A DNA stretch of 64,000 nt from Okamejei kenojei. Its lineage: Eukaryota. Below, piece by piece: positions 26,953 through 40,844 of this stretch. The DNA is taken from assembly GCA_035221665.1 (NCBI GenBank), contig CM069139.1, positions 55,862,001-55,926,000 of the forward strand, read 5' to 3'. Made by a program: the position numbers and the translations under genes. The stretch's first letter is position 1; each line of letters opens with the position of its first letter. A model generated the notes under the pieces. It searched no databases. It had not been told where the DNA came from and worked only from the letters and a program-made list of their open reading frames with translations.

Positions 26953-28190
26953 TTAGTTTGAGTTTAGTTTTGTTTATTGTCACGTGAACAGAGGTGCAGT
27001 GAAAAGCTTTTTATTGTGTGCGAACCAGTCAGCGGAAAGACAATACATGATTACAATCGAGTCATTCACAGTGTATAGATACACGATGAAGGGAATAACG
27101 TTTAGTGCAAGATAAACCCAGTAATGTCTGATCAATGATAGTCCAAGGGTCTGCAATGAGGTAGATAGTAGTTCAGGACTGCTCTCTAGTTGTGGTGGGA
27201 TGTTTCAGTTGCCTGCTAACAGCTAGGAAGAAACTGTTCCTAAATCTGGAGGTGCGTAGGAAAGAACTGCAGATGCTGGTTTAAGCCGAAGATAGACATA
27301 AAAAACTGGAGTAACTCAGCGGGACAGGCATCTCTGGAGAGAAGGAATGGGTGAAGTTTCGAGTTGAGATGTGTTTTCACATTTCTATACCTGTTGCCCG
27401 AGGGAAGAAGTGGGAGTGGCCAGGGTGCGACTTGTCCATGATTATTCTGGTGGCCTTGTTGAGCTAGAGTGAGGTATAAATGGAGTCAATGGAAGTGAGG
27501 TTGGTTTGTGTGATGGTCTGGACTGCGTCCACTATTCTCTGCAATTTCTTACGGTCTTGGATGGAGCTGTTCCCAAACCATGTTGTGATGCATCCCGATA
27601 AAATGCTTTCTACAGCGCATCTGTAAAAGTAGGTGAGAGTTGTTCGGGATATGTCAAACTTCCTAAGCCTTCCAAGGAAATAGAGGTGTTGGTCTGTTTT
27701 CTTGGCCATTGCTTCAATATGGGTGGTCCAGGAGATGTTGTTGGTGATATTTACTCCTAGAAATTTGAGGTTTTCAACCATCTCTACTTTGGCGCGTCAA
27801 TGCAAACCGGGGTGTGTGTACCGCTTCGCTTCCTGAAGTCGATCGCTATCTCCTTTGTCTTTCTGACATTGAGAGAAAGGTTGTTGTCTTGACACCAGGT
27901 CTCAAGGTTCTCAGTCTCCTTCCTGTACTCCGTCTCACCATTATTTGATATCTTGCCCATGATAGTAATTTTGTCTGCAAAGTTATGAATTGAATTAGAT
28001 TTGTACAGGGTTGCCCAGTAGTGGGTGAGCGAGGAGAAATGAAGGGGATTGAGAACGCATTCTTGCGGAACACCAGTGTTGAGGATTATCGCAGTGTATA
28101 ATTCTTCCCCCATATCCTCACGCGGGCTGTTGGTCAAGAATTTGAGGATCCAGTTGCAGTGATGAGTGCTGACTCCAAGTTCCAAGGGTT
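26953..28190 (-). mobile_element. Rex1/Babar-like LINE RT fragment with an inserted Penelope terminal-repeat piece (about 27255-27370)
   Basis: LNTGVPQECVLNP, FADKIT, LNVRKTKEIAIDFRK, KFLGVNIT, FYRCAVESILSGCITTWFG. Confidence 0.88.
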
Positions 28191-29805
28191 ATAGATAATA
28201 AATGCTAAATTTCATTCAGGCCCACCGTGAAAGAAAAATGCCACTGAGAAAACGATGACGGTGCACTCCAAGTTATTTCATTCTGAACAGCATTTGCGTT
28301 GTTGGAGACTTTTATAGAGAGGCCACGCAGTCAGAGTTTACCACAGAACGGGCCTATTGGCCCATCACGTAAAAGCCGAGTTTTGTTTTGCTCATCTACA
28401 CTAGTATTTGCCTGCATAGGTGTGGGGCTTTCAAATACAAGATTGTTGCCTTTGAAAGCCTCTGGAATATGCCTCAGCAGGGTAACCAACATAATCAAGG
28501 ACTTTTTTCATCTTGGGCATTCCTTTTTTTCCCCTGCTCCTGTCCGGCAGTAGTTACAGGAGCTTGAAATCGCGCACCACCAGACTCAGGAGCAGCTTTT
28601 TTCCCTCTGTTATCAGACTATCCCATAAGCGAGGGTACAGTACCAATCTTCCAACCTACGTCATTACCAACATTAAACTTTTTCTATCAAACTGTAATGC
28701 CATAATGCTGAAAACCATTCTGCACTCTTTGCTCTACCTGTTGTGCTTGTGTCTGGCTTGATTGTATTCATTATAGTATGATCTGATTCCACTGGATAGC
28801 ACGCAAACAAATGCTTGGTATGTGACAATAGTGAACCAATACCAATAGGATGCACAACAAATGTCTTGTCAAATGTCAACAAAAGTGCTTCATTTAAAAA
28901 AAAACAGTGTTGGGTCTGCTTTGGCTAAAGGTTTGATCTGACAGTGTCATGTTTATCCAATCGATTCAACAGTAATCTATGTAAATGGTGGAAAGAGATA
29001 CTGTTCCATTGGACAGACTTTGTCAGCCAAGACTATTTAATAGTTTTTGTTATTTTGGTTGATGACTTGAGCACTTTGGGGTTCCGTTCCTGCAAGACCA
29101 GATTTCAGATGAAGAATGATGACACTTTTGTGTTATTTTCAGCATTTGATTCAAATAGTCATTTTGCTAAATGTGGTCAGTGTAGCTTGAAATCTTAAAG
29201 CATAACTTTTTCTATAACTGACATATTGAAATAATTGAATAGAAATATTAACATTAGCTTCTGCCAAATTTTTGCTCAGATGACAGACCAGTCATAGAGC
29301 ACAATACAACAATTTAAGACTAGCAATGCATGCTGAAGGGAATTTAGCCTGATGCATGCTATGATTCACCACAGTAAATTCTCAGTTGGCCATTCCATAT
29401 TAATTTGAACAAAAATAGACCCATTCGTAGAAATGTCATAGTCATAAAGTCATACACCACGGAAACTGGCCCCCTCTTTGGTCCAACTTGTCCAGGCCAC
29501 CCAAGATATCTCTAAACTAGACACAAAATGCTGGAGTAACTCAGTGGGTGAGGCAGCATCTCTGAAGAGAAGGGATTGGCGATGTTTTGGGTCGAGACCC
29601 TTCAGTCTCTAAACTAGTCCTGTTGGCTCATATTTGACCGATATCGCTCTTAATCTTTCTTATCCATGTACAGTTCCAAGTGTCTTTTAAATTCTGTTAT
29701 AGTATCTGCTTCAACTACTATCTCAGGCAGCTTGTTTTTCACATATCCACCAACGTTTGTGCGGAAAAAGTTGCCCCTCAGGTTATTAACTCTTGATTAA
29801 ACATA

Positions 29806-31757
29806 CAGTGCCTTCCATAATGTTTGGGACAAAGACCCATTGTTTATTTATTTTCCTCTGTACTCCACAATTTGAGATTTGTAATAGAAAAAAATCACAT
29901 GTGGTTAAAGTGCACATTATCAGATATTATTTTAAGCCATATTTATACATTTCGATTTCACCATGTAGAAATTGCAGCTGTGTTTATACATAGTCCCGTC
30001 CCCCCCCCATTTCAGGGAACCATAATGTTTGGGACACATGGCTTCACAGGTGTTTGTAATTGCTCAGGTGTGTTTAATTGCCTCCTTAATGCAGGTATAA
30101 GATAGCTCTCAACACCTAGTATTTCCTCATGTCTTCCCATCACCTTTGGAAATGGTTATTGCTGTTTATCAACATGAGGACCAAAGTTATGCCAATGAAA
30201 GTCAAAGAAGCCATTATAAGACTGAGAAGCTAGAATAAAACGGTTAGACACATCAGCCAAATCTTAGGCTTACCAAAATCAACTGTTTGGAACATCATTA
30301 AGAAGAAAGAGAGCACTGGTGAACTTACTAATCACGAACGGACTGGCAGGTCAAGGAAGACCTCCACAGCTGATGACAGAAGAATTCTCTCTATAATAAA
30401 GAAAACTCCCCAAACACCTGTCCGAAGATCAGAAACACTCTTCAGGCGTCAGGTGTGGATTTGTCAATGACCACTGTCCGCAGAAGACTTCATGAACAGA
30501 GGCTACACTGCAAGATGCAAACCACTGATTAGCCGCAAAAATAGAATAGCCAAGTTACAGTTTGCCAAGAAGTACTTAAAAGCAGGGGCGAAAAACACAG
30601 GGGGGGCCAGAGGGGACACATCCCCCCCATGTTTTGAGAGGGCCCATAGCCAGCGCAGAGAAGCAGCGCTAAACCCAGCTCAACTTGCCTGGTTAACCTG
30701 CTTGGGCTTGCGGAAAATATGGGCAGCGCGGAGAAGCGGCGCTGGTGTCGCCAGTCAGGGCTGTAGTTAACCCGGCGAGACAGGCAGAGTTGAGCTGCAT
30801 TTAGCGCTGGATTGAGCCTCCGTAGCCTTGCGCATGTGTGTGTGAGTGTGCGCATGCGTGCGTGGCCGCCAAAAAATTGTGACTCTCCTGTCCCCCGGTC
30901 CCCTCCATATTGTGATAGCGAGTTCCGCTCTTGCTTAAAAGAGCAACCATAGTTCTGCATAAAACGTATTGACGACAGATGTGGCGAAGATTAACATATA
31001 AGAGTGATGGCAACAGCAAAGTATAGAGAGATGGAACTGCCCAAGATCCAAAGCATACCACCTAATCTGTGAAACACAGTGGTGGGGGTGTTATGGCCTG
31101 GGTATGTATGACTGCTGAAGGTACTGACTCACTTACCTTCATTGATGATAGAACTGCTGATGGCAGTAGCATAATGAATTCTGAAGCGTACAGACATCCT
31201 ATCAAGTTCAAACAAATACCTCAAAACTCGTTGGCCGGCAGTTCATTCTACAGCAAGACAATGATCTCAAACGTACTGCTAAAGCAACAAAGGAGTTTTT
31301 CAAAGCTAAAAAAATGTCAATTTTTGAGTGGCCAAGTCAATCACCAGATCTGAACCCAATCGAGCATGCCTTTTATATGCTGAAGAGAAAACTGAGCCCC
31401 CAAAACAAGCATAAGCTAAAGATGGCTATAATACACCAGATAGCAGAGCATCACCAGAGAAAACACCCAGCAACTGGTGATGTCCATGAATCGCAGACTT
31501 CAAGCAGTCATTGCATGCAAATGATATGCAACAAAATACTAAACATAACTAATTCATTTATATGACATTGCTGTGTCCCAAACATTATGGTGCCCTGAAA
31601 TGGGGGGATTATGTATAACACTGCTGTAATTTCTACATGGTGAAACCAAAATGTATAAAAATGGTCTTTATTGAAATCTGACAATGTGCACTTTAACCAC
31701 ATGTGATTTTTTTCTATTGCAAATCTCAAATTGTGGAGTACAGAGGCAAATAAATAA
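29806..31757 (+). mobile_element. Decayed Tc1 DNA transposon
   Basis: TA|CAGTG left end; inverted repeats at about 29840-30040 and 31570-31757; transposase remnants [32 protein letters not shown]. Confidence 0.92.
30583..30933. mobile_element. hAT-type MITE nested in the Tc1
   Basis: Imperfect TIRs CAGGGGCGAA...TTCCGCTCTTG; 8-bp TSD CTTAAAAG at 30575-30582 and 30934-30941. Confidence 0.85.
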
Positions 31758-33134
31758 CCCTCGAGTTCTTGATTCCCCCTACACACATTCAGCCTCCATA
31801 TAGTTCAGGCTAATGTGTATCAAAAACAAAATCAGTCTTCACTGCAAGCAATCCAATTTTCATATGATAGAAACAAGGTGGTGCTGGGTCACTAGAATCA
31901 GCAAAATAAGCAATGAGCAAGTGTGGCAGTTTGGTAGGAAATAGTGGCAAAATCATGAGGGGAATAGTCGGGTAGCCGCGCAGTCTCTTGGCAGAGTAGG
32001 GGAATCAAGAACAGAGCGAAGAGGTTTAAGGTTAGGGGGGGAACCTGAAGGGTAACCTGTAACTTTTCCACAAAGCTGCTCAGGTACTATCGCAACATCA
32101 TGATTCGACTCAGTAAATTGATGAAGGGCCTGTTTCATTGTACTAATGACAATGCTTCAGGAATACTCTGCTTGTAAGTGCTTTGGGGTAACCTGAAATT
32201 ATAATATATACTATTTATAGAGTAGGGTCATTATCTGATTAATCTCTTATTTGAAAGAATGATCTACTGCTGGACAACATGTTATGTAATTTTAAGGAAA
32301 TGAATGTATATTTTTTACCAAGCTTAACAAATGGATCTTGTTGCACAATTCTGGAGCATTAATCTACAGGGAAGTAAAAAAAATGTCTTCTGATTTCCAG
32401 CCTTTTTAAAAGGATCTGTTCTCCAATCATTAATTGAGGCAGAAGGTTTGAGAAAGTGTTTCTTATAACCAATTGTGTCTGATGCCTTTTCCATTTGTAC
32501 ACATAAATAATTTTGTGTCATAAGAACATATAAACTAGGAACAGGACTAAACCACTTGCCCTTTAAGCCTGCTCCAGCATTTGGTAATTGTAAACACCTC
32601 TGCATTCCCATCTAGAAGCAGAATCCTTGTCTGATCAACTATCTACCATTGTCTTAACATTGTTCAGACTCTGCTTCCACCAAGGATGCAGTGAAGAACT
32701 GTTCCAAATTCATCTTCAGAGAAAAAAAAGTCCCATCTCTATCTTAAGTGAGTAACCTTTATACATTTCCCCCTCATTCTTGATTCTCCCACACAAAGAA
32801 AGCCTCTCCTTATCTGACCCTTAAAAAGTATTTCAACATCTTATTTTTTAGCCATGCCACTCCCACTCCTGTCTCCAGCAGGTGCAGGCCTAACCTGTCT
32901 GTCCACTCCATATTTGGTAACTTGTTCCTTCCAAGAATATATCCAGGAAACCTTCCGTGAATTGCCAATGTATTATCGTAGCAAAGAAGGTAAATTTGAT
33001 TTAATTTGCTTTGAGGATAGATTGTAAAAATGTTTACATTAAACATATGATCAAGGAAGGATGGTGCTGCGCTGTTTAAACATGCAGACCTACCAATAGA
33101 TCTGTGCATAATTCTATGAAGGTAAAGAACTACA

Positions 33135-34600
33135 GATCAAGGATCAAGTGTGTTTAATTGTCATATGCACCAGGCATGGAGCGGCAAACTTCTTACTTGC
33201 TGCAGCTTTACAGACACATTAATGCAACAACACAATGATTAAATATACAATAATCAATAAACTATCAGTAACATTAGGTAACAAACACCCAAAATTGCAA
33301 ACCAAAGTATATAGTGTGACCTATACAAAGTCCATAGTAGATTGTGGTTGAAGTAGGATTGTGCAGTTTGGTTCAAGAGCCTGATGGTTAACAGGAAGAA
33401 GCTGCTCATAAACGTAGAGGTCATGGAACTCGTGCTCCTGTATCTTCCTCATGGTAACAGCGAGATGAGATTGTTGATAGGGTGGTGTGGGTCTTTGATA
33501 TTTGCGACCGATCAGAGGCAGCGCTGTCTGTAAAACCATTTGATAGTGTGTTGGTCAATACTTGTGATGGACTGGCCAGTTTCTGCAGTCTCCTTCATTT
33601 TTGGGTGTTTGTTGCAATGATGCAGGCCATGATGCAATCAATGACTATGCTCTCCACTGTAAAAGTTTAATAGAGTATTCGCCAACCTGTCAAATCTCAT
33701 AAATTTTCCAAGGAAGTAGAAACATTGATGAGAATTCTTTGTGATTACATCATTGTGCTGGGCCTGAGACAGATCCTCAGAGATTGGTAAGGCCAAAAAC
33801 TTGAAGGCATTGACTCTCTCTATTGCCGTCCCATTTTAGAATCCTCTGCCCAGAGGATAAGCCTGCATTCGTTTGTTTATTTGTCCGTCGGTTGCGGTTA
33901 AGGCGCTGTGCACACGGCAGCCAGCCAACAGTTGCTTGTCTGTTTTTTTTCACTTTTAATTTAATTTTAATTTCAAGTTGTTGTGTGCCTTATGTGTTAC
34001 GACTGTTGGCAAGCCAATTTCCCTCCGGGGATGAATACAATTCTGTCTTATTGTATCATCCCAACAATGAAGACCTGTTCATGGGTCTACGACTGACCCT
34101 TTCTGAAATCAGCAATTAGTTCTTTTGTCTTGCTAACAATTAGTGCAAGATTCTGGCACCATTCAACTAGATTGGCAATCTCCCGCCTGTCCTCTAACTC
34201 ATCATCATTCTTTGTTCATCCAAACAACGGTGGTGGCCTTGGTGAGTTTACCGATGCTGTTCAAACTATGTTCAGCCACGCAGTCATGGATATAGAGTGA
34301 GTAGAGGGTAGCGGGTACACTGCCTTTAAGTGCCCTTTTGTTCTGATTGAGGTTTGCCAATTGGAAAGTTGAATATGCAATTGCAGAGGGATGAGCAGAG
34401 ACCCAGTTCTGAGTTTGATGATAGGTGTTGAATGGTGAGCTCTCATTGATAATCCAAGTGGTAGTGGAAAGCCAGTGAGATCATATCTGCTGTTTATCCA
34501 TGGTGGTGCTAGGCAAATTGTAGTGGGTCCAGATCCTTATTAAGGCAGGTGTTAATATGCATCATAATCAACTTCTCAAAGCACTTCATTACAATGGACT
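33135..34600 (-). mobile_element. Old Rex/Babar-like LINE remnants
   Basis: Degenerate similarity to 26953-28190, e.g. TTCCAAGGAAGTAGA, TTCTTTTGTCTTGCTAACAAT, CAGTCATGGATATAGAG. Confidence 0.6.
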
Positions 34601-34619
34601 GTGACAATTTTATTAGTAG

Positions 34620-37309
34620 CTAGACCAAGGAGGACCTGTTGGGTCCCGTCCCCTCAAAGCTCGGTTGCGGTGGGGTGGCCTGCAGCATCACACACACACG
34701 CTAACCACCCCCCACACACACATCTTTGAGGGAGGGGAGTGGGGTAGAGAGGGAGAGGGAGGAGGTAGAGTTTGAGGGGTGGGGGGCTCACGGCATCACA
34801 GGGGGCTGGTTACCGAACGCAATACTCCACCACTCACCCATAGATCCCAATACTCAATAGTTCCTAGAGAGGGAGGGGGCAGAGAGGGAGGGTGGGGCAG
34901 AGAGGGAGGGTGGGGCAGAGAGAGATGGTGGGGCAGAGAGGGAGGGGGGGCGGAGGGGGGCGGGGAGGGAAGGGCGTCAGAGAGGGAGGTGGGCAGTGCG
35001 GGGGGCAGAGAGGGAGGGGGGCAGAGAGGGAGGGAGAGTGGGGCAGAGAGGGAGGGAGGGTGGGGCAGAGAGGGAGGGGTGTCATAGAGGGGCAGTGCGG
35101 GGGGGGGCAGAGACGGAGTGGCGAAGAGAGGGTGGGGTAGAGAGGGTGGGCAGAGAGGGAGGGGGGAGAGAGGCGGCGCAGAGGGAGGGGGGCAGATAGG
35201 GAGGGGGGCAGAGAGGGAGTGGAGGACAGAGAGGGAGGTGGGGTAGAGAGGGAGGGGAGCAGAGAGAGAGAGAGGGAGGGGGTAGAGAGGGAGGGGGAGG
35301 AGATAGAAAGGAAGGGGGTAGAGCAGCACCTACCCAGGTCGTAGAACAGCGCCAAGGCCTGGGAGGCTGCGGGTGGACGTGGACTTGAGGGAGGCCGCGG
35401 GTGGGCGAGCGTCGACCCGAGGGCCCCGAGCGAGGTGGCGGACGGGCGTCAACCCGAGGACCGCAATCTCCAGTCCAGGGGCCGACTTCATCTCCGGGCT
35501 CGTCCTTTCTTCCACCGGCGCCATCTTTTGAATAACCCGGGGGGGCGAGGGAGGAGTCAGGGGGTGACGTCACTCGAAGCGCGGGGAAGATTCAGTGTGT
35601 GAGATGGCCATTGTGACGTCATCAGTGAAAGCTCGTTGTTTAAAATTCAAAGTCTTTTCCTACTTTTAAACTTTTTCAGTAATAAGTCGAAAAATAAAGC
35701 ATGAAATGTTCAGATAAGGTGATTTTGGATTAGACGGGAAAACAGTCAACCAAAATATGTCAAAATGTTATCCTTACCATGGTGGTTTTTCGTGGAGAAG
35801 ATGTAAAAATGCACATATTCACACATACAAGATCAGAATGATAGAGTTATACTAGACCAAGGGGGAATCCGTTGGGTCCCGTCACATCAACGCACGTTTG
35901 TGCGGGGGGGCAGCCTGCGGCGTCTCACACACACACTAACCACCCCCCTCCCACACACTAACCACCCCCCCACACACTAACCACACCCCTCACACACTAA
36001 CCACACCCCCACACACACACTAACCACTCCCCCACACACACACTAACCACCCCCCCACATACTAACCACACCCCTCCACACACTAACCACCCCCACACAC
36101 ACACTAACCACACCCCCACACACACATCACCCCCCCCCACACACACACTAACCACCCCCCACACACACTAACCACCCCCACACACTAACCACACCCCCAC
36201 ACACACACACTAACCACCCCCCACACACACACTAACCACCCCCCCACACACACACCAACCACCCCCCCACACACTAACCACACCCCCCACACACTAACCA
36301 CACCCCCACACACACACCAACCACCCCCCACACACACACTAACCACCCCCCCACACACTAACCACCCCTCCACACACTAACCACGCCTCCCACACACACA
36401 CTAACCACCCCCACACACACACTAACCACACCCCCACACACACACACTAACCACCCCCCCACACACACACTAACCACCCCCCAGACACACACTAACCACC
36501 CCCCCACACACACACTACCCACACCCCCCACACACACACTAACACCCCCACACACACACTAACCACACCCCCACACACACACTAACCACCCCCCACACAC
36601 ACACTAACCACCCCCCCCCCACACACACTAAACACCCCCCCCCCCACACACACACTAACCACCCCCCACACACTAACCACACCCCTCACACACTAACCAC
36701 ACCCCCCACACACACACTAACCACACACCCCCAACACACTAACCACCCCCCACACACACACACATTAACCACCCCCCTTGATATTATTTTACTATTATTA
36801 ATTAGCTCCTTTTACCCCATCCCTGCCTATCCACTGACACATAGCCTCTAACTTGCAGGTGTGTCTAGAGAGGGAGGGGGGGGATAGAGAGTGAGGGAAG
36901 AGAGAGAGGGGGAGAAGGGGGAGAAGGGGAGGGCAAGAGGGGGGGAGGAGGGATGGGAGGGGGAAAGGGAGGGGGAAAGAGAGATGGGGAAGAGGGCAGG
37001 TGAAAGTTCTTGACAGTTCTCGGGTGCTCTCAGGAAACCGGAGCCGAGGAGCGAGCGTGCTTCGACCAAAGCTCGTTAACTTTAAAAAGATTTCAGATTG
37101 GTGAACAATTTTAATAAATAACTCAAGAAATAATTAATCAAATTTTCAGATAAGGCTGATTTTTACATCATGGCGTGAATCTCTATTGGAATATGTAAAA
37201 ATGACACAGCGCATCGTATTTTTGAGGTGATGTGAATCGCAGACAAACACACAAATAAATAAATCCACATCCAAGATCAGAGTTTTATAATTATAGAGAT
37301 ATAGATAGA
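34620..37309 (-). mobile_element. Head-to-tail pair of non-autonomous Helitrons (34620-35850 and 35852-37309) with internal GA-rich and CACACACTAACCACCCC arrays
   Basis: Each unit has CTAG plus a degenerate GGACC...GGGTCCC hairpin at its left end; the right end ...AGTTTTATAATTATAGAGATATAGATAGA|T gives A|TC on the - strand. Confidence 0.78.
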
Positions 37310-38244
37310 TGGGATTCAAAACTGGCCATTCTTGAGTCAGAATTTTTTAGGCATTTTACTTTTGTGCATGATTTGACGAAAATAATGTTTTAAATATTTA
37401 AATAACTCTAATCTATATTTGGATTAGGACTATTATTTCATCTTAAAGTTCAGCCTGACTTACACACTTCCGATTTAAGCCTGATTATTCTGCAGTCTGG
37501 TCTCATAGACCTTAAAAAGTTCTAACTCTCTATTCTCAGTTTTAGATATTGAATTCTTCCGCATTGAGTCCATTTATTGTGAATTTAGTAAATTTATTTT
37601 AGCCTGAACACTGATCTCGTCTGTAATTTTTAAAACTTGTGATTGTTTAAATATGCTTTGAGCTTAATGGCCTGTTTTGTTCACATGGAGCACATAAGTG
37701 CCTATAATTAATTATGTTTACTGTGATCGTATTAACATTTATGATCCTGATGGCCTTTCATTGCTTTCCAAAGTAATTCCTTAAATGAGCCTTCAAAGTT
37801 TGTCAGGATATCTGAATTAGCTTGCCTAAGCCACGGCTTCTGACTGCCTGGATGTACACTTTACAATAATGTGTTTTGCAAAAAATCAAATGTTTTGCAA
37901 GTAACCAGGATGTTACCACTGACAGTTTGCTACATAAGATGCTGTAAGTTGTCAGTGCTTGGATGATTTGAGAAAACGACAGGATTTTGCAACTGACCGC
38001 ACAATGTTTTGAAGATGATAAGCTCTTACTGCACAGCACAACCTTTCTGATGTCGATTCTGAGAATTTCAAACTGGAAAGATGTATTAATTAAGCGATCA
38101 GTTTTGTGATGATGCCTTTGTTCAGATGGATGATTATGTGAATGTGCAGGAATGTAAATCAATGCAGGGTGCTGTTTCGTCCGCTGTACTGCAGAGCCTC
38201 TAGAGTGCTGAAAAACAGCTTTGGGCCTTGGTCCAGTAGTTCAT

Positions 38245-38540
38245 AAAATCATAGAATCATAGAAAATAGGTGCAGGAGTAGGCCATTCGGCCCTTCGAGC
38301 CTGCACCGCTATTCAATATGATCATGGCTGATCATCCAACTCAGTATCCTGTACCTGCCTTCTCTTCATACCCCCTGATCCCTTTAGCCACAAGGGCCAC
38401 ATCTAACTCCCTCTTAAATATAGTCAATGAACTGGCCTCAACTACCTTCTGTGGCAGAGAATTCCACAGACTCACCACTCTCTGTGTGAAAAATGATCTT
38501 CTCATCTCGGTTCTAAAAGAGTTCCCCCTTATCCTTAAAG
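38245..38540 (-). mobile_element. CR1 3' end fragment
   Basis: Reverse-complement match to positions about 385-770. Confidence 0.9.
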
Positions 38541-39197
38541 TTGTCTTGAAGAATTAAATATCTTTGGGTAATCGCCCATCTTTCTCTATTGCCATCAAAG
38601 TGAAAGGTCCTGCTTAGAAATGATTTACAGGTCCCGTAACAATTTATTTACTAATTACTGTTTTAACAGTTGTGATTTTGAAAACTTTCATTAAATTGAC
38701 AAAGGTGTTTGCTAAAATAGTGTTAATTTTTGTGGTAACCAAGGCGTAAAATTTTATTTAATATTACAAGCATGAAGCTACAGTGTGGAAGATTTGATCA
38801 TATGGACAATATGGCCTCCGGACCTCCATCAATTAGCATTAGGTTTCGCTGAAGCTATATGGAAATATGGCTGGATATTTAGTACCTTCTTTACTGAGCA
38901 GATGACCCTTTTGTTATTTTTGTGATTTTGTCTAACCAAGGACTGGAAGTATGATTTTTTTTTTTAAGGAATATATTGCAGAAACAGAAATAGCTATGAC
39001 CATCAATGCAGCTGGTCCTGATTCTCCACTACTGAGTACACATAAGAGTCCTTAAATACATAGAAATTAAAAGCAGAGCACTAATTCCTTTGTCGACTCA
39101 CCAGCGATTTTCCCGTTTGGTCTTCGATTTTTGTCTCTTGTCATAGTTTTGCTGTTTCCCATTCTGATGCGTTCCGTGGCAGTTTTAAGATCTTGTT

Positions 39198-40592
39198 AAG
39201 ATTAGATTAGATTCCTTTATTGTCATTGAGACCTTTTGGTCTGAACGAAATGTTGTTACCTTGCAGTCATAACATATAATAAATTAAAACAAACACACAA
39301 TAAACACATATTTAACATCCACCACAGTGAGTTCACCAGACAGCTCCTCACTGTGGTGGAATGCAAAAATCTTAAAGTCTTTGTCTTCTTCCCTACTTGT
39401 TCTCCCTCTGCGTTGAGGTGATCCAGGCCTCCGATGTTATCGTCCACTAGGCCCGCGACCGAGCCTCCGTAGCCGGGTTGCCACCACCGCCGTCGCCGGA
39501 ATGCTGGAACACTGCCACAGCTCTGAATCAGGGTCCACCGCTGGAACGCTGGAGCGCCGGTGCTCTGAAGCCGTGCCGCCGCTGGAGCACCGCTGGAACG
39601 CCGCTGGAGCACCGGAGCACTGAAGCCGGGCCACCGCTGGAGCACCGCTGGAACGCCGCTGGAGCACCGGACCTCTGAAGCCGTGCCGCCGCTGGAGCAC
39701 CGCTGGAACGCCGCTGGAGCGCCGGAGCACTGAAGCCGGGCCACCGCTGGAGCACCGCTGGAGCACCAGAGCTCTGAAGCCATGCCGCCGCTGGAGCACC
39801 GCTGGAATGCCGCTGGAGCGCCGGAGCACTGAAGCCAGGCCGCCGCTGGAGCACCGCTGGAGCACCGGAGCTCTGAAGCCGTGCCGCCGCTGGAGCACCG
39901 CTGGAACGCCGCTGGAGCGCCGGAGCACTGAAGCCGGGCCGCCGCTGGAGCGTCGGAGCTCTGAAGCCGTGCCGCCGCTGGAGCACCGCTGGAGCGTCGG
40001 AGCTCTGAAGCCGTGCCGCTGCTGGAGCACTGCTGGAACGCCGCTGGAGCTCTGAAGCCGTGCCGCTGCTGGAGCACCACTGGAAAGCCGCTGGAGTGGC
40101 GGAGCTCTGAAGCCAGGCTGCCACCGGAGCACCGCTGGAGCAACTGCTGGAGCAACGGAGCTCTGAAGCCGGGCCACCGCTGGAATGCCGCTGGAGCAAC
40201 TGCTGGAGCACCGGAGCTCTGAAGCCGGGCCGCCGTTGGAGCATTGCTGGAACGCCGGAGCACTGATGTCGGGCCGCTGCCGCCGCTGGAACGCTGGAGC
40301 TCTGAACACTCGCCACAGCTCCGAGGCTGCCAGCTCCGCCATTAGGTCTCCACCATTAGGTCTCCACTATTAGGTCTCCACCATTAGGCCTCAGCACAGA
40401 CGGAGACGGTGACGGTGGACACGACAAGAAAAGGTCGCACCCCCCCGAAGGGAGAGACTAAATCCTTGTTCCTCCCACCCCCCACCCCCCCACAAACACA
40501 ACCTAATGAACCAAAATTCCAACTAAAACACACAAAAAGACAAAAAAAAGAAAAAAAAACAGACGGACTGCAGGTGAGCCGCAGCTGCCACG
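39198..40592 (-). mobile_element. SINE-like retroelement with a LINE-type 3' tail and an expanded internal minisatellite (39520-40320)
   Basis: AGATT microsatellite plus TTTATTGTCA tail at the left; tandem CCGCTGGAGCA / CTCTGAAGCCG units; (CCATTAGGTCTCCA)n at about 40338-40390. Confidence 0.6.
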
Positions 40593-40844
40593 CATAGTTT
40601 GACATGAAACGTAGCCAGCCTAACAAATGGAAGTGTACTTAGGACTTCCCCCTTGTAAATTACAAACTGATCACTACACATGGGTTGTCTAGATCAAGAG
40701 CCATCTTCAGGACAATAAATTGTTACAGGATAATGTGGATGAAGTAAATGTGGAGAAGTAAAGAATGAGAATGGATAGGCAGGAGGATGTATTTGATATA
40801 TGTCAATCGCAGTAAAACATCTGCTACTTCAGCTCTGCTTTTAT

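Noticed and set aside
35925-36780. Interstitial telomeric repeat
   Set aside because: The unit is CACACACTAACCACCCC rather than (CCCTAA)n, and it lies inside a Helitron.
39520-40390. CRISPR-like array
   Set aside because: No unique spacers or cas genes; eukaryotic context; simple modular minisatellite.
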